Positions 37,748-47,581 of a DNA stretch of 64,000 bases are shown here, piece by piece. Location: contig JBHLPF010000011.1 of the NCBI GenBank assembly GCA_048939765.1, positions 14,896 through 78,895 of the forward strand, given 5' to 3'. Numbering within the stretch: the stretch's first letter is position 1; each line of letters begins with the position of its first letter. The position numbers were made by a program, and so were the translations under genes. The notes below the pieces were generated by a model. That model searched no databases. It saw only the letters and a list, made by a program, of their open reading frames with translations, and was not told the origin of the DNA. The stretch is from Promethearchaeota archaeon. GTDB lineage: Archaea; Asgardarchaeota; Thorarchaeia; Thorarchaeales; Thorarchaeaceae.

Positions 37748-39009
37748 ATCTCGACCGTTTCGTTTACTTCTGGGACATGTGCTCTTCGTCCCTTCTTTTC
37801 AAGGAGAGATTGCAGCTTATCGCAAGATTCAGACTCTCCATGAACTATATAGAACTCGGGATCACCAGGAATCCTCGTTAGGAGGTCCAAGAGACCCTTT
37901 GAGTCGGAGTGCGACGAGAGATGATGCATTCTGACGTCGGCTGAAACCTCGAAATCGCGACTGCCAACAGTGACTTTTCCTGATTCTATCAGTTCTGCAC
38001 CTGGAGTGCCCGGTATCTGGAAGCTGACCAATACAATCGAGTTCTTTGGATCATCATGAAGCATCTTGAAGTACATATGTGATGCACCACCCTTCAGCAT
38101 TCCAGCTGGGGAAATGATGATACCGCCATGTCTTGCGGCTCGTGTGCGATCCTTATTATCATGAATTAGGCGGGTCCTTCCCAAGGCTCGACTGAATGAT
38201 TGAGGACTTTGAAGATACTCAGGATGTCTTGTCAGAATCTCATTGACCTTGCGAGCCATTCCGTCTATGTATATTGGATACTTCTGGGGAATGTTGTTGC
38301 GTTCCAGAATGCACATAATTTCTTGACTGCGACCAACAGCAAAAGCGGGAATTAACACCGTTCCTCCTCGTTCTAGTGTTTCAATGACGGTGTCAACCAA
38401 CGCTTGCTCAATCTCTACTCTGTCAGGATTCGTTCTTCTAGCATAGGTGCTCTCTGTAACAACGATATCATGTTTAGGAAGATTCTTCCTGGCCCCTAGA
38501 TTGAGCTGCGACTCTGTGGCATTGAAGTCGCCAGTGAAGAGCACTCTCTTGCCATTGACTCTCACAGATACCATCGAACTGCCTGGAATGTGACCGGCAT
38601 TGAACAATGTCATTTCGAAGTGGTGACCAAGCGGAATGGTTTCTTCGTAGGCAGTTGCTTGACATTGCCTTCTCACAAGTGGAATGACTTTTCGAGTATA
38701 AGGTAGTCTCCCCTTTGAAATGTTATACATGTCGCGCAGAAGCAGAAGAGTTAGATCTCGAGTGGCAGGTGTGCAGAAAAGAGACGCCTCAGTTTGAGAC
38801 AGAATGAGAGGAACGCCTCCGGAATGGTCAAGATGGGCATGAGTAAGACTGATTCCTTGTAAATTGTCAAGTGGAACCATGTCAGGGAATTCTGGAGGAG
38901 AAGAGAGTTTTGCCCCATAATCAACGATTATACTCTCATTCCTATTCTCAAGATAGAACCCTGACCGTCCGATCTCTCTACAGGAACCAAGAAACGTGAG
39001 CTGTGACAT
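37744..39009 (-). CDS. MBL-fold beta-CASP ribonuclease (aCPSF2-like, no KH domains)
   Basis: THAHLDHSG, AGHIPGS, TGDF, ESTY, PAFAVGRSQE, LSSHSD, VHGE. Confidence 0.92.
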   Translation of the reverse strand: MSQLTFLGSCREIGRSGFYLENRNESIIVDYGAKLSSPPEFPDMVPLDNLQGISLTHAHLDHSGGVPLILSQTEASLFCTPATRDLTLLLLRDMYNISKGRLPYTRKVIPLVRRQCQATAYEETIPLGHHFEMTLFNAGHIPGSSMVSVRVNGKRVLFTGDFNATESQLNLGARKNLPKHDIVVTESTYARRTNPDRVEIEQALVDTVIETLERGGTVLIPAFAVGRSQEIMCILERNNIPQKYPIYIDGMARKVNEILTRHPEYLQSPQSFSRALGRTRLIHDNKDRTRAARHGGIIISPAGMLKGGASHMYFKMLHDDPKNSIVLVSFQIPGTPGAELIESGKVTVGSRDFEVSADVRMHHLSSHSDSKGLLDLLTRIPGDPEFYIVHGESESCDKLQSLLEKKGRRAHVPEVNETVEI

Positions 39010-39209
39010 TTATTCTAACATCCATGACGAGCCGTGATGGTGTCAAGAAAAGGCTTGCGTATAATACACAGTCAGAGGCCTATTGAGGGGTTTCTGGCAA
39101 TCGTTGTGATTTGTCATTTTGGTAAGTAAATCGAAATCTATATCAGTTGGGCATCGATACCTGCTATACCCTAGACCTTAGCAATCGTTAGCGGGTGGAG
39201 AGGCTTCGG

Positions 39210-39521
39210 GTGACAGCAAAGAAGACCGACGATAAGTCGGGCGATCAGAGTCACGGCGACTCGGTGATACTAGTAGGTAACAAGAATGTGATGTCCTACG
39301 TCCTTGCCTGCGTGACTTTGTTCAACAAGGGTGCCGAGGAAGTCATAATCAAGGCAAGAGGGCGGCTAATAAGCCGCGCCGTCGATGTCGCCGAGATAAC
39401 GCGGCACAGGTTCATATCCGAACTCAAAGTCAAGAGCATTGAGATTGATACAACTACTGTTCAGACTGACAAGGGAAGCGATTTGAACGTTTCAACCATT
39501 GATATTACACTCTCTAAGTAA
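39210..39521 (+). CDS. albA: Alba DNA/RNA-binding protein
   Basis: [31 protein letters not shown]; GTG start after GGAGAGG. Confidence 0.95.
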   Translation: MTAKKTDDKSGDQSHGDSVILVGNKNVMSYVLACVTLFNKGAEEVIIKARGRLISRAVDVAEITRHRFISELKVKSIEIDTTTVQTDKGSDLNVSTIDITLSK

Positions 39522-39593
39522 TGATTTGGAATGAATTGTGGTCCACCCCGAAGTCCAGTCATTGCTGCGGCTTGGTGGGGTGAAGACAAGAAC

Positions 39594-40181
39594 ATGAAAC
39601 TGCCAGTCTGTGTGTTTGATATTGAGTCGGACATGTTGTGTCCGAGCTGTCAGCAGAAGCTAGATAGAGGCGAGATTACGCAGTTTGACATCGATTTCTC
39701 CAGTTGGCTACTGGGAAAGTCTAAGGAATACCCGGGACTCGATGACTTGAGTCTTCTCAGAGCGATAAAAACGGATGAACGTTTGATACTGGTGGTCAGG
39801 AAGAAGAGCAAGGAAATGCTTCTTGCGAATGAAGGTCTTATGAATGAGATCGCCGAGTCTTTCGGAGACATGATGATCTTCGAGGCACCTATCAAGCTGC
39901 GAAAGATTGTAAGAAAGCTAATTGAGCCTGCATTGGAGCTGGGTGTCAACAGTCTACATCTGCCCGGAGGAACCAAGGAGAGCATTGTGATGCTAAAACC
40001 AGAAGATCGGAATCGCATTACATACTCTAAAGAGGAGCTTAGAAAGATAGTTTCTGCAGTCATGGGAGAATCTGTTCTATTTCAGTACCAAGATGAGAGA
40101 TTCGAGAAAGAGGAAGATTCAAGCGACGAGATTTTCGAAGAGAAGATGAGAGAGTTCGCCGGAAAGGGCCGCAGACGCTGA
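39594..40181 (+). CDS. Archaeal NusA-like paralog with N-terminal Cys cluster and degenerate KH domains
   Basis: MKLPVCVFD...MLCPSCQQKL..GEI N-terminus is typical of the second archaeal NusA family. Confidence 0.7.
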   Translation: MKLPVCVFDIESDMLCPSCQQKLDRGEITQFDIDFSSWLLGKSKEYPGLDDLSLLRAIKTDERLILVVRKKSKEMLLANEGLMNEIAESFGDMMIFEAPIKLRKIVRKLIEPALELGVNSLHLPGGTKESIVMLKPEDRNRITYSKEELRKIVSAVMGESVLFQYQDERFEKEEDSSDEIFEEKMREFAGKGRRR

Positions 40182-40182
40182 C

Positions 40183-41520
40183 TCAGACTCTGTGGATAGG
40201 GTCATTCTTCATGATTTCACGCATCACTACTGTTGCATAGGATCCTTTTCTCAATCTGAAGTGTAATACCAACTCGTTCCTTTCACACTCGCCTTTGATT
40301 TCTCCCAGCATGATTGAGAGCAGATGATATCCTCCAGCTGAATCAATAGCCTTACGCTTCGGCTTTCGGAAGTCCTGAAATCGCACATCCTCCTCCCGCA
40401 TCAATTTTCTCAGCATTTCTGTCTGGGAAGAAGCAGGTGTTTTCGTTGAATACCCAGGAAGAGGAGCTGAGAGCCCATATTCACCAGACTGTACAAGCTT
40501 AGCTCTCTCCTCGTGATTCTTTTCTGTCACATAGAGCCACGAATCACGACCCGAATGCGCCTCATCAAGTTTAATGAGAAAATCCCCCGGTACGGGAAGG
40601 CCGAGGGGAAGGGATGACTCAGCTCGCTGGCTTATGAAACGATTGAACAGGTAGGACTGAAATGCATGAACAAAGATGGTCAGGACACGCGAGGGTATCC
40701 TTAGGATTGCCCGCTCGAATTCCCCGGGATGTTTCATGAGGAATTTCATCACATCACGTTCATATCTCAAATCCTCCGGAAACGCAGCAAGAATGCGCTC
40801 AGTCGGCGATAGGTCATAAGCCAGCTCATGTCTGGCTTCAGTGATCTCCTCCGATTCGTATTCACTGGTCACTGAAAGCATGAGTCTGGCTGCTTCTTCG
40901 AAGTCATCCCGCACAAGTGCCTTGCCAACCAAGTGAGTAAAAGGCCGTGTCACGCCGAATCTCTGGACACCAAAGTAGTTGAGCAGAGGCTGTTTTGTCA
41001 GGGAATCTACAGTTTCCATTGCTTGATTGCAGTCAGCGTCGATGTTAGAGAGCCGAATTGTGAAACGGTTTCCCCAAAGGTCCCCAATCTGCACAGGATG
41101 CCTTACGGACTCCAAGTTGCGTATTTCGATGCGAGACAGTCTTGCGTTCACAAGTCGCTCAGCTGATTTGAAAGGAACAGCCATTTGTTGTGCTGTGATT
41201 GCTCGCTTGTCCTTCAGGCCAGCGTAGGTGACAAGATGTTGAGGCAGGCCAAGTTCTGCTGCAAGAATCGTGGCGACATCGATGGTGGAAAGACCCATCT
41301 TCTGCATATCGAATCGGATGAACTTTGATCTCTCTTCAGGGATTCGCAGTACTGGAGATTCATCAGACCACTCTTTGACTGTGACCATTCGCCCATCATT
41401 TGTAATCTCTTCAACAATGAAGTCTTCAAATCGAGCTTTGAGCCTACCTCCCACTCCGGGAGTACTTGTGCTATAGAGTTCCATCCCAATTGACGCCTCT
41501 AGATGATGCGTCGTTCTCAT
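40183..41520 (-). CDS. truD: tRNA pseudouridine(13) synthase TruD/Pus7
   Basis: EDFIVEE, AGLKDKRAITAQ, GNRF, NYFGVQRFG, GSYATVVMRE. Confidence 0.96.
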   Translation of the reverse strand: MRTTHHLEASIGMELYSTSTPGVGGRLKARFEDFIVEEITNDGRMVTVKEWSDESPVLRIPEERSKFIRFDMQKMGLSTIDVATILAAELGLPQHLVTYAGLKDKRAITAQQMAVPFKSAERLVNARLSRIEIRNLESVRHPVQIGDLWGNRFTIRLSNIDADCNQAMETVDSLTKQPLLNYFGVQRFGVTRPFTHLVGKALVRDDFEEAARLMLSVTSEYESEEITEARHELAYDLSPTERILAAFPEDLRYERDVMKFLMKHPGEFERAILRIPSRVLTIFVHAFQSYLFNRFISQRAESSLPLGLPVPGDFLIKLDEAHSGRDSWLYVTEKNHEERAKLVQSGEYGLSAPLPGYSTKTPASSQTEMLRKLMREEDVRFQDFRKPKRKAIDSAGGYHLLSIMLGEIKGECERNELVLHFRLRKGSYATVVMREIMKNDPIHRV

Positions 41521-41537
41521 TGAGACCTATCCTCTCC

Positions 41538-41906
41538 TCATAGTAATTTCAGGTCACCAGTCAGTCTGTCAATCTTCTCTGCAGGCCCGGGGCCTACTGC
41601 AATGACTGTAGTGGTTCCCGGAGGTAGCTCGGTCATGCCTGCATCTCGAATCAGGGCAAAGGGCAAACTCAAGTCCACAGCTTTTCTTCGAAGTTCTAGG
41701 AGTTCCTCCTCGGATGCCACCTTAACAACAACCTTCTTCTGCCCTTCAGTGAACCAGGCCTTCCATACGTGTTGGTGAGTGACACGAACTCTTTCCGATG
41801 CACTTACAGCACCATGAGCGACTTGAACCGCTAGCTTGCCCTTACTCATTCCAAGGTCCGTTCGCGCGGCTATGACCTGCTTAAACTTGAATTCTCGTAG
41901 ACTCAT
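41538..41906 (-). CDS. pth2: Peptidyl-tRNA hydrolase Pth2
   Basis: RTDLGMSKGKLAVQVAHG, GQKKVV, DAGMTE, TGDLKLL. Confidence 0.97.
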   Translation of the reverse strand: MSLREFKFKQVIAARTDLGMSKGKLAVQVAHGAVSASERVRVTHQHVWKAWFTEGQKKVVVKVASEEELLELRRKAVDLSLPFALIRDAGMTELPPGTTTVIAVGPGPAEKIDRLTGDLKLL

Positions 41907-41986
41907 GACGGATGCCTTCTGTCTTGCAGCGAAATCTCATCCCTTGGAGAGAGATAAAAAGGGTGCCCTATGTTGTAGTATAGAAG

Positions 41987-43198
41987 ATGAATAATACTGA
42001 CTATGACACAATTGTAGTAGGTGGCGGTCCTTCAGGACTTATTTCAGCTCATAAAGTGGCATCAGACGGCCATCGAGTCCTTGTTGTTGAGGAGCATGAA
42101 ACTGTGGGTGAGCCGGACCACTGTGCGGGCCTTCTAAGTGTGTCAGGTCTAGATTCTCTGGGATTGCGTCCTCCAGAAGATGTGATTCAGAATCATGTCA
42201 TAGGTGCACGCATATTCTCACCGTCAGGTCATTATATCTATGTAGAGAGAGGACAGCGCGAGGCTCTCGTCGTTGACAGAAGAGAGTTTGATCGTTGGTT
42301 GGCGAATCAGGCAATTGATGCGGGTGCCAGTATCAAGACTGGCTCCAAGGTGACACGCATTCAGAGGAAAAATGGAAGGATGACTGGCGTCCAAACTAGC
42401 GGTGACGATTCGAGTGACCTCTCCACCTCAGTGATTATTAATGCGGAGGGCTCACGATGCCAGATTTCCAAGCAGGCTGGGTTACCCACTGTACCGCGAA
42501 CAAGCAAGTACCCAGCATTTCAAATCGAAGTCGCCGGCGCAGATGTTGACGAGGACATAGTTGAGATGTACTATGGCCGTTCAACCGCACCGGGATTCTT
42601 TGCCTGGATCATTCCACTAGGAGATGGGAGAGCAAGGGTAGGTCTTGCAGCTAAGAACCTGGCAAAACAGAGACTGATGACTTCGATACGACATCATCCA
42701 GTCATGAAAGAAAGACTGAAGCATGTATCGATTCAAAGAACACTCGGAGGCATCGTGCTGGTTGGGATGCCCATCAAGAGAACGGTGAGGGACAATTTTC
42801 TGGTCGTGGGCGACTCCGCAGGCATGGTCAAGCCAACCACTGGTGGAGGAGTCATTGTGGGAGCGATGGCCGCTAAAATGGCAGGTGGAATCGTTAATGA
42901 TGCGCTAGAGAATCAGAGTCAATCCAATGTGGATCTCGATGAATATGAGGGAGCGTGGAGGGCGCTCCTGCTGAAAGAACTCAGGATAATGTACCTGACA
43001 CAGAAGATTCTCTCCTCGTTCTCGGACAAGGGTCTGAATTCTCTAGTCAGAGATGCAGGACAATATGGACTGGTTGAAACCATAAGGCGAGTGGGCGACA
43101 TGGACATGCAGCGCAGGGTCATTCTTCGGCTTCTTTCGAACCCTCTGACAATACTTGCCGGTCTAAAAGCCGCCAGATTCATCAATCCCCTCTTCTAG
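41987..43198 (+). CDS. Geranylgeranyl reductase family flavoprotein
   Basis: GGGPSG, CAG, DRREFD, APGFFAWIIP, VGDSAG..KPTTGGG. Confidence 0.9.
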   Translation: MNNTDYDTIVVGGGPSGLISAHKVASDGHRVLVVEEHETVGEPDHCAGLLSVSGLDSLGLRPPEDVIQNHVIGARIFSPSGHYIYVERGQREALVVDRREFDRWLANQAIDAGASIKTGSKVTRIQRKNGRMTGVQTSGDDSSDLSTSVIINAEGSRCQISKQAGLPTVPRTSKYPAFQIEVAGADVDEDIVEMYYGRSTAPGFFAWIIPLGDGRARVGLAAKNLAKQRLMTSIRHHPVMKERLKHVSIQRTLGGIVLVGMPIKRTVRDNFLVVGDSAGMVKPTTGGGVIVGAMAAKMAGGIVNDALENQSQSNVDLDEYEGAWRALLLKELRIMYLTQKILSSFSDKGLNSLVRDAGQYGLVETIRRVGDMDMQRRVILRLLSNPLTILAGLKAARFINPLF

Positions 43199-43259
43199 GC
43201 GGTTAGAACACCTTTATGAGCGTGGCAACCCTCAATTCTGCAAGCCGAGGTCCGTACGA

Positions 43260-44627
43260 ATGGATGAGCCATATGATCGGAGCATTCTTGGAATATCTAA
43301 GAGATTGCTTGAAAGCTATGCGATCTGCAATCACTGCCTAGGGCGTCAGTTTGCTTGGCTGAGCACAAATACGTCGAATGAGGAACGAGGCGCCGCAATC
43401 AAGTTGACTCTCTCCATGGTGGCGGATGAGGACCTTAAATCAGGCAACAAGCAAACGGGAGAAGAATTGATTGGTATTCTAGCCGGGAATGGGATGTTTG
43501 AACCGGCCAAGGCTCTTGCCACACAGAAGTCACTTGAATACAGCGAGCAGACTTCATGCTATCTTTGTTCAGTTGATGGGATTTCTGTCTTTGACAGACT
43601 GCCTGACATTGCAGAGCGGGCTAGAATTGCTATTGAACCCATAGAGTTCAGCTCATTTCTGGTAGGATGTGTTGCATCCACCAGTTTAGATGAACGTCAA
43701 GATGAGATTAGGGGGGCATTTGGTCTGCTCCATGGCGAAGCTTTGAAGGCTGATGTGAATAGAGAGCTGGGCAAGATTCTACAAGACCGTCTGAACCTCC
43801 CGGTAGACTTCAAGAACCCCGACATTGTCATCGTATACAAAATGGATGGAGATATGATAGAGGTCAATAGAAATCCAATCTTCATCGAGGGCAGATATAG
43901 GAAATTGAAGCGAGGGGTCCCTCAGAGTAGATGGGACTGCGGAGAATGCCGAGGGAAGGGTTGCGAGGAATGTGGAGGAACTGGAAGAAAGTATCCTGAT
44001 TCAATATCTGAATACATAGGAGAGCCCACGCAACAAGCTGCTCAAGGTACAAAGTTCAAGGTTCATGCCGCAGGAAGGGAAGACATTGATGTCCTAATGC
44101 TAGGAGATGGACGGCCGTTTGTTGTTGAGGTCTCTGAACCTCTTGTTCGAGCCCCTAATCTACAGTTGCTAGCTAAGGACATAAACATGGGGGCGAATGG
44201 CATTGTTGAAGTTGTGGACCTCAGAATGGCTACACGGAAGAGAGCTCAGAAGATGAAAGATGAAGCCTCTGAAAACGTGAAGGAGTATGCAGCGACTATA
44301 CGAACTGAAGAAGACAGAACATCCAAGGCATTGAAGGAGGCTGCGCAGGCACTCAGTGGAATAGAGATTGAACAGCGCACTCCAAATAGAGTGGTCCATC
44401 GAAGAAGTGACTTGGTTAGAAGGAAGTACATCTATGAAGTGCGCCTAAAGAAGAAAAGAAAGAAACTGCTTGAAGGCTTCTTCAAGGTCCAAGGTGGGAC
44501 CTATGTGAAGGAGCTGATCTCTGGTGACAACAACAGGACTGTCCCGTCGCTGACAGAGAAATTAGGAACCCCTTGCGAGTGCACCGAACTCAACGTAACA
44601 GCGATTTATGAAGGAAACAGACCATAA
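43260..44627 (+). CDS. pus10: tRNA pseudouridine(54/55) synthase Pus10
   Basis: CNHCLGRQFA, AAGREDIDVLMLG.GRPF, QRTPNRV, GGTYVKELISGD. Confidence 0.96.
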   Translation: MDEPYDRSILGISKRLLESYAICNHCLGRQFAWLSTNTSNEERGAAIKLTLSMVADEDLKSGNKQTGEELIGILAGNGMFEPAKALATQKSLEYSEQTSCYLCSVDGISVFDRLPDIAERARIAIEPIEFSSFLVGCVASTSLDERQDEIRGAFGLLHGEALKADVNRELGKILQDRLNLPVDFKNPDIVIVYKMDGDMIEVNRNPIFIEGRYRKLKRGVPQSRWDCGECRGKGCEECGGTGRKYPDSISEYIGEPTQQAAQGTKFKVHAAGREDIDVLMLGDGRPFVVEVSEPLVRAPNLQLLAKDINMGANGIVEVVDLRMATRKRAQKMKDEASENVKEYAATIRTEEDRTSKALKEAAQALSGIEIEQRTPNRVVHRRSDLVRRKYIYEVRLKKKRKKLLEGFFKVQGGTYVKELISGDNNRTVPSLTEKLGTPCECTELNVTAIYEGNRP

Positions 44628-44721
44628 TCCTTAAGTGGCGACCCTAGAGGAGATGCTGGACCTCGGGTGACCAGTTGATTTCAGGTATGCCGAGGTACAG
44701 ATTTCAATATGATGATGTCCC

Positions 44722-45018
44722 ATGGTCAAGAAGAGTCATGGCTACCGTGCTAGAACACGAAGCCTGATGAGCAAGAAGGTGCGGCAGCGCGGGATTAACT
44801 CATTGAGCAAACTGCTCGTTGATTATGACACAGGCCAACGTGTAGACATAGTAATCAATCCTAGTGTACACAAAGGTATGCCGCATCGCAGATATCATGG
44901 GAGAACTGGAGTGGTCATGGGAAAGAGGGGTCGCGGAATCATCGTCGATGTCAAGCTAGGCAATGCAACAAGAACTCTCATCATCCGACCCGATCATCTC
45001 CAACCAAGTAGAGGCTGA
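44722..45018 (+). CDS. rpl21e: 50S ribosomal protein eL21
   Basis: SHGYRARTR, KGMPHRRYHGRTG, RPDHL. Confidence 0.97.
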   Translation: MVKKSHGYRARTRSLMSKKVRQRGINSLSKLLVDYDTGQRVDIVINPSVHKGMPHRRYHGRTGVVMGKRGRGIIVDVKLGNATRTLIIRPDHLQPSRG

Positions 45019-45024
45019 TGGAAG

Positions 45025-45360
45025 ATGCCCAAGGAAATTGTCGGTGAGGAGGAGGTCACTCTTCCGAGGGTGAAGAAGCTGCTCTCACAGAGGGCAAAAG
45101 AGGGCGAACTGTCTTTCCAACAGAATATCACTCTCGAGCATGCCTCAGGTTTCTCCAAGATGGCACCAGCGGTTGCTGATAAGCTCCTAGATCGTCTAAT
45201 CAAGAACTTCAATCTTAGCCGGGCACAGGCCGTTCAGGTGGTGAACATTGCTCCCACAACTCCTGAGGAAATGAGAACCATCTTGGATGCGAGGTCCACT
45301 GATATAACTGATGAGCAAATCAACGAGATAGTGGATATAGTGAAGAAAATCGTATCCTAG
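45025..45360 (+). CDS. rpoF: RNA polymerase subunit Rpo4 (RpoF)
   Basis: LSFQQNITLEHA..F, VVNIAPTTPEEMRTIL; conserved position after rpl21e. Confidence 0.9.
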   Translation: MPKEIVGEEEVTLPRVKKLLSQRAKEGELSFQQNITLEHASGFSKMAPAVADKLLDRLIKNFNLSRAQAVQVVNIAPTTPEEMRTILDARSTDITDEQINEIVDIVKKIVS

Positions 45361-45463
45361 CTCCTTTCGCGGTTTCCCTATCACCCTGAAGTAATACTTT
45401 TTATCCATTCAGAACAGACTAATGCCTAATGATGTGGCCTCACAGAGCCGGATGTGAATTGAA

Positions 45464-46060
45464 ATGGAAGGACAACAAGACAGAACGTTTGAAACACATG
45501 CATATGTCTTGTCAGTCGTTTCTCCAAAGATGTATCTCCGCGACTCTAGACCAAGAAGCGAAACTATTGTACAGGGAATAGGTGAATCATTTTTCACACT
45601 GCTGGAAATGGTGCCACATCGTGGAGCTAACCTTCATCCTCAAGAACGTCTTTCTATCGAGAAGGATCCAAGGAGTAAGATAGACCATATAAAACGTAGA
45701 ATCTTCTATGAGGACTTGGTGCCTGAGAGCGAAGCCGAACTTCCTCTGGTTGTGGAGATTGTCGTGACCAAGCATGAACGCAAGTTCGTTCAGTTCTTCA
45801 ACGAGGCCGCGCCCATAACCACAAGACTTCATTCACTTCAGTTGCTACCAGGAATCGGTCAGACACTTATGTGGGCACTTTTGGATGAGAGGAAGAAGGA
45901 CCCTTTCAAGAGTTTTGAAGACATAGCTGCAAGGACTAAGCTGCAGAATCCAAAGAAGGTGCTCACGGGTAGGATTATCGACGAGCTCAAGGAGGACGTC
46001 AAACGGTGGCTGTTTGTGCGGCCTCCAAGGCGCGATGACGATAGAGAACGGCCCAGGTGA
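45464..46060 (+). CDS. DUF655 RNA-binding protein
   Basis: QGIGESFFTLLE, FFNEAAPITTRLHSLQLLPGIG, PFKSFEDI. Confidence 0.93.
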   Translation: MEGQQDRTFETHAYVLSVVSPKMYLRDSRPRSETIVQGIGESFFTLLEMVPHRGANLHPQERLSIEKDPRSKIDHIKRRIFYEDLVPESEAELPLVVEIVVTKHERKFVQFFNEAAPITTRLHSLQLLPGIGQTLMWALLDERKKDPFKSFEDIAARTKLQNPKKVLTGRIIDELKEDVKRWLFVRPPRRDDDRERPR

Positions 46061-46935
46061 GAATCCTGACCGAAGAACGCATCCGCTCTCTTCTGGGCAA
46101 ATTCAATGTTACTCCTGACAGGGGTCTTGGTCAGAGTTTCTTAGTCAATCCAATCACCGCTCAAAAGATCATAGAGTGTGCCAATCTTGATTCTGATGCT
46201 ACTGTTCTCGAGATCGGTGGTGGTCTTGGGATGTTGTCTGAGAAACTAGCAGAGAGCGCAGGTAGAGTCTATGTCATTGAGGTCGACAATAGGTTGGTCC
46301 TAGCGCTTCGCGAAATACTGTCCGATTATCCCAATGTCGACGTTATTCATGGCGACGCGCTTGCAGTGGATCTTCCTGAAGTTGACAAGGTGGTATCGAA
46401 CCTCCCATATAGTATCTCTTCACCCATTACTTTCAGGCTGCTGGAAGAGGGAAGATTCGATTTTGCCATCCTCATGTATCAGAGCGAGTTTGCCCAGAGG
46501 CTAATTGCAGAACCTGGGAGTTCCAACTACTCTAGACTCTCAGTCGACGCCCAGTATCTAGCCACTATCAAAGAGGTCATGCATGTTCCAGCAACGGACT
46601 TCTATCCTGTTCCTGCTGTCGATTCAACGGTTGTCAGAATCGAGGTCCGGAAGGACGGCGCACTCGCCCAGGACAAAAGCATTCTGTTCTGGCTGGTCCA
46701 TGGCATCTACTCCTACCCAAACAAGGTACTTAGAAAGGCCCTCAGAATATGGTTGAAGAACATCGGACAGGATAGCCAACTGGCTGATGAGATCATTGGA
46801 AAAGCCGCAGGGACTGTAGAAGGCACAGACAGACTCAGAGGACTAAATCAGGAAAAAATCATCGCCTTGGCTGACATACTCCTTGAGTTGATAGAGGATG
46901 GCAAAATCACAGACCCAAGAAGGAAGTCTGGTTGA
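46057..46935 (+). CDS. ksgA: 16S rRNA dimethyladenosine transferase KsgA/Dim1
   Basis: LGQSFL, LEIGGGLG, VSNLPYSIS, YSRLSV, PVPAVDS. Confidence 0.96.
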   Translation: MRILTEERIRSLLGKFNVTPDRGLGQSFLVNPITAQKIIECANLDSDATVLEIGGGLGMLSEKLAESAGRVYVIEVDNRLVLALREILSDYPNVDVIHGDALAVDLPEVDKVVSNLPYSISSPITFRLLEEGRFDFAILMYQSEFAQRLIAEPGSSNYSRLSVDAQYLATIKEVMHVPATDFYPVPAVDSTVVRIEVRKDGALAQDKSILFWLVHGIYSYPNKVLRKALRIWLKNIGQDSQLADEIIGKAAGTVEGTDRLRGLNQEKIIALADILLELIEDGKITDPRRKSG

Positions 46936-47516
46936 AGTTCAAGGGTCAGAAGATAAAGGTCAATGAAGGTGTGTATCCACCTGCTGAGGACACCTACCTC
47001 TTGCTGGATGCCATAGAACTGAAGCATGATGATGCATTCCTAGAGGTTGGAAGCGGTTCTGGTCTGATCTCAGTGGTTGCTGCCGAAGTTGCGAGGAGAG
47101 TGGTCGCAATTGACCTGTCACTAGATGCCGTTAGGAACACGGGTTGGAACATGAAAAGCAGTTCAGCGGATAATCGGAGCAGTGTGGTTCAGTGTGACCT
47201 TCTAAGTGCCCTAGCGAACGATGCAAGATTCTCTGTCATCGCTTTCAATCCGCCATATCTTCCTGAGGATGGATTTGCGACAGACATGGATCATGCGCTT
47301 GTGGGTGGTATCATCGGGGTGGAACTCACTGAGAGATTCATCCTTCAGGCAATTCGGCATCTCGAGAAGAATGGGCGAATCTATGTTGTTGTGTCAAGCC
47401 TAGCAGATATCCAGCACGTTTCAGACTTCATGAGATCACAAGGCCTAGAGGTCAGTGATAAGGCAGGAACAGAACTTTTCTTTGAATCAATACGTGTATT
47501 GCAGGGAACTATATGA
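46932..47516 (+). CDS. HemK2/Mtq2-like (release factor glutamine) methyltransferase
   Basis: VYPPAEDTYLLL, LEVGSGSG, FNPPYLP. Confidence 0.9.
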   Translation: MKFKGQKIKVNEGVYPPAEDTYLLLDAIELKHDDAFLEVGSGSGLISVVAAEVARRVVAIDLSLDAVRNTGWNMKSSSADNRSSVVQCDLLSALANDARFSVIAFNPPYLPEDGFATDMDHALVGGIIGVELTERFILQAIRHLEKNGRIYVVVSSLADIQHVSDFMRSQGLEVSDKAGTELFFESIRVLQGTI

Positions 47517-47581
47517 GGAGCCACACGGACACCTTTTTATGAAACCTATATCCACTGGCGGAAGAAGCCAGAGGGATTTCC

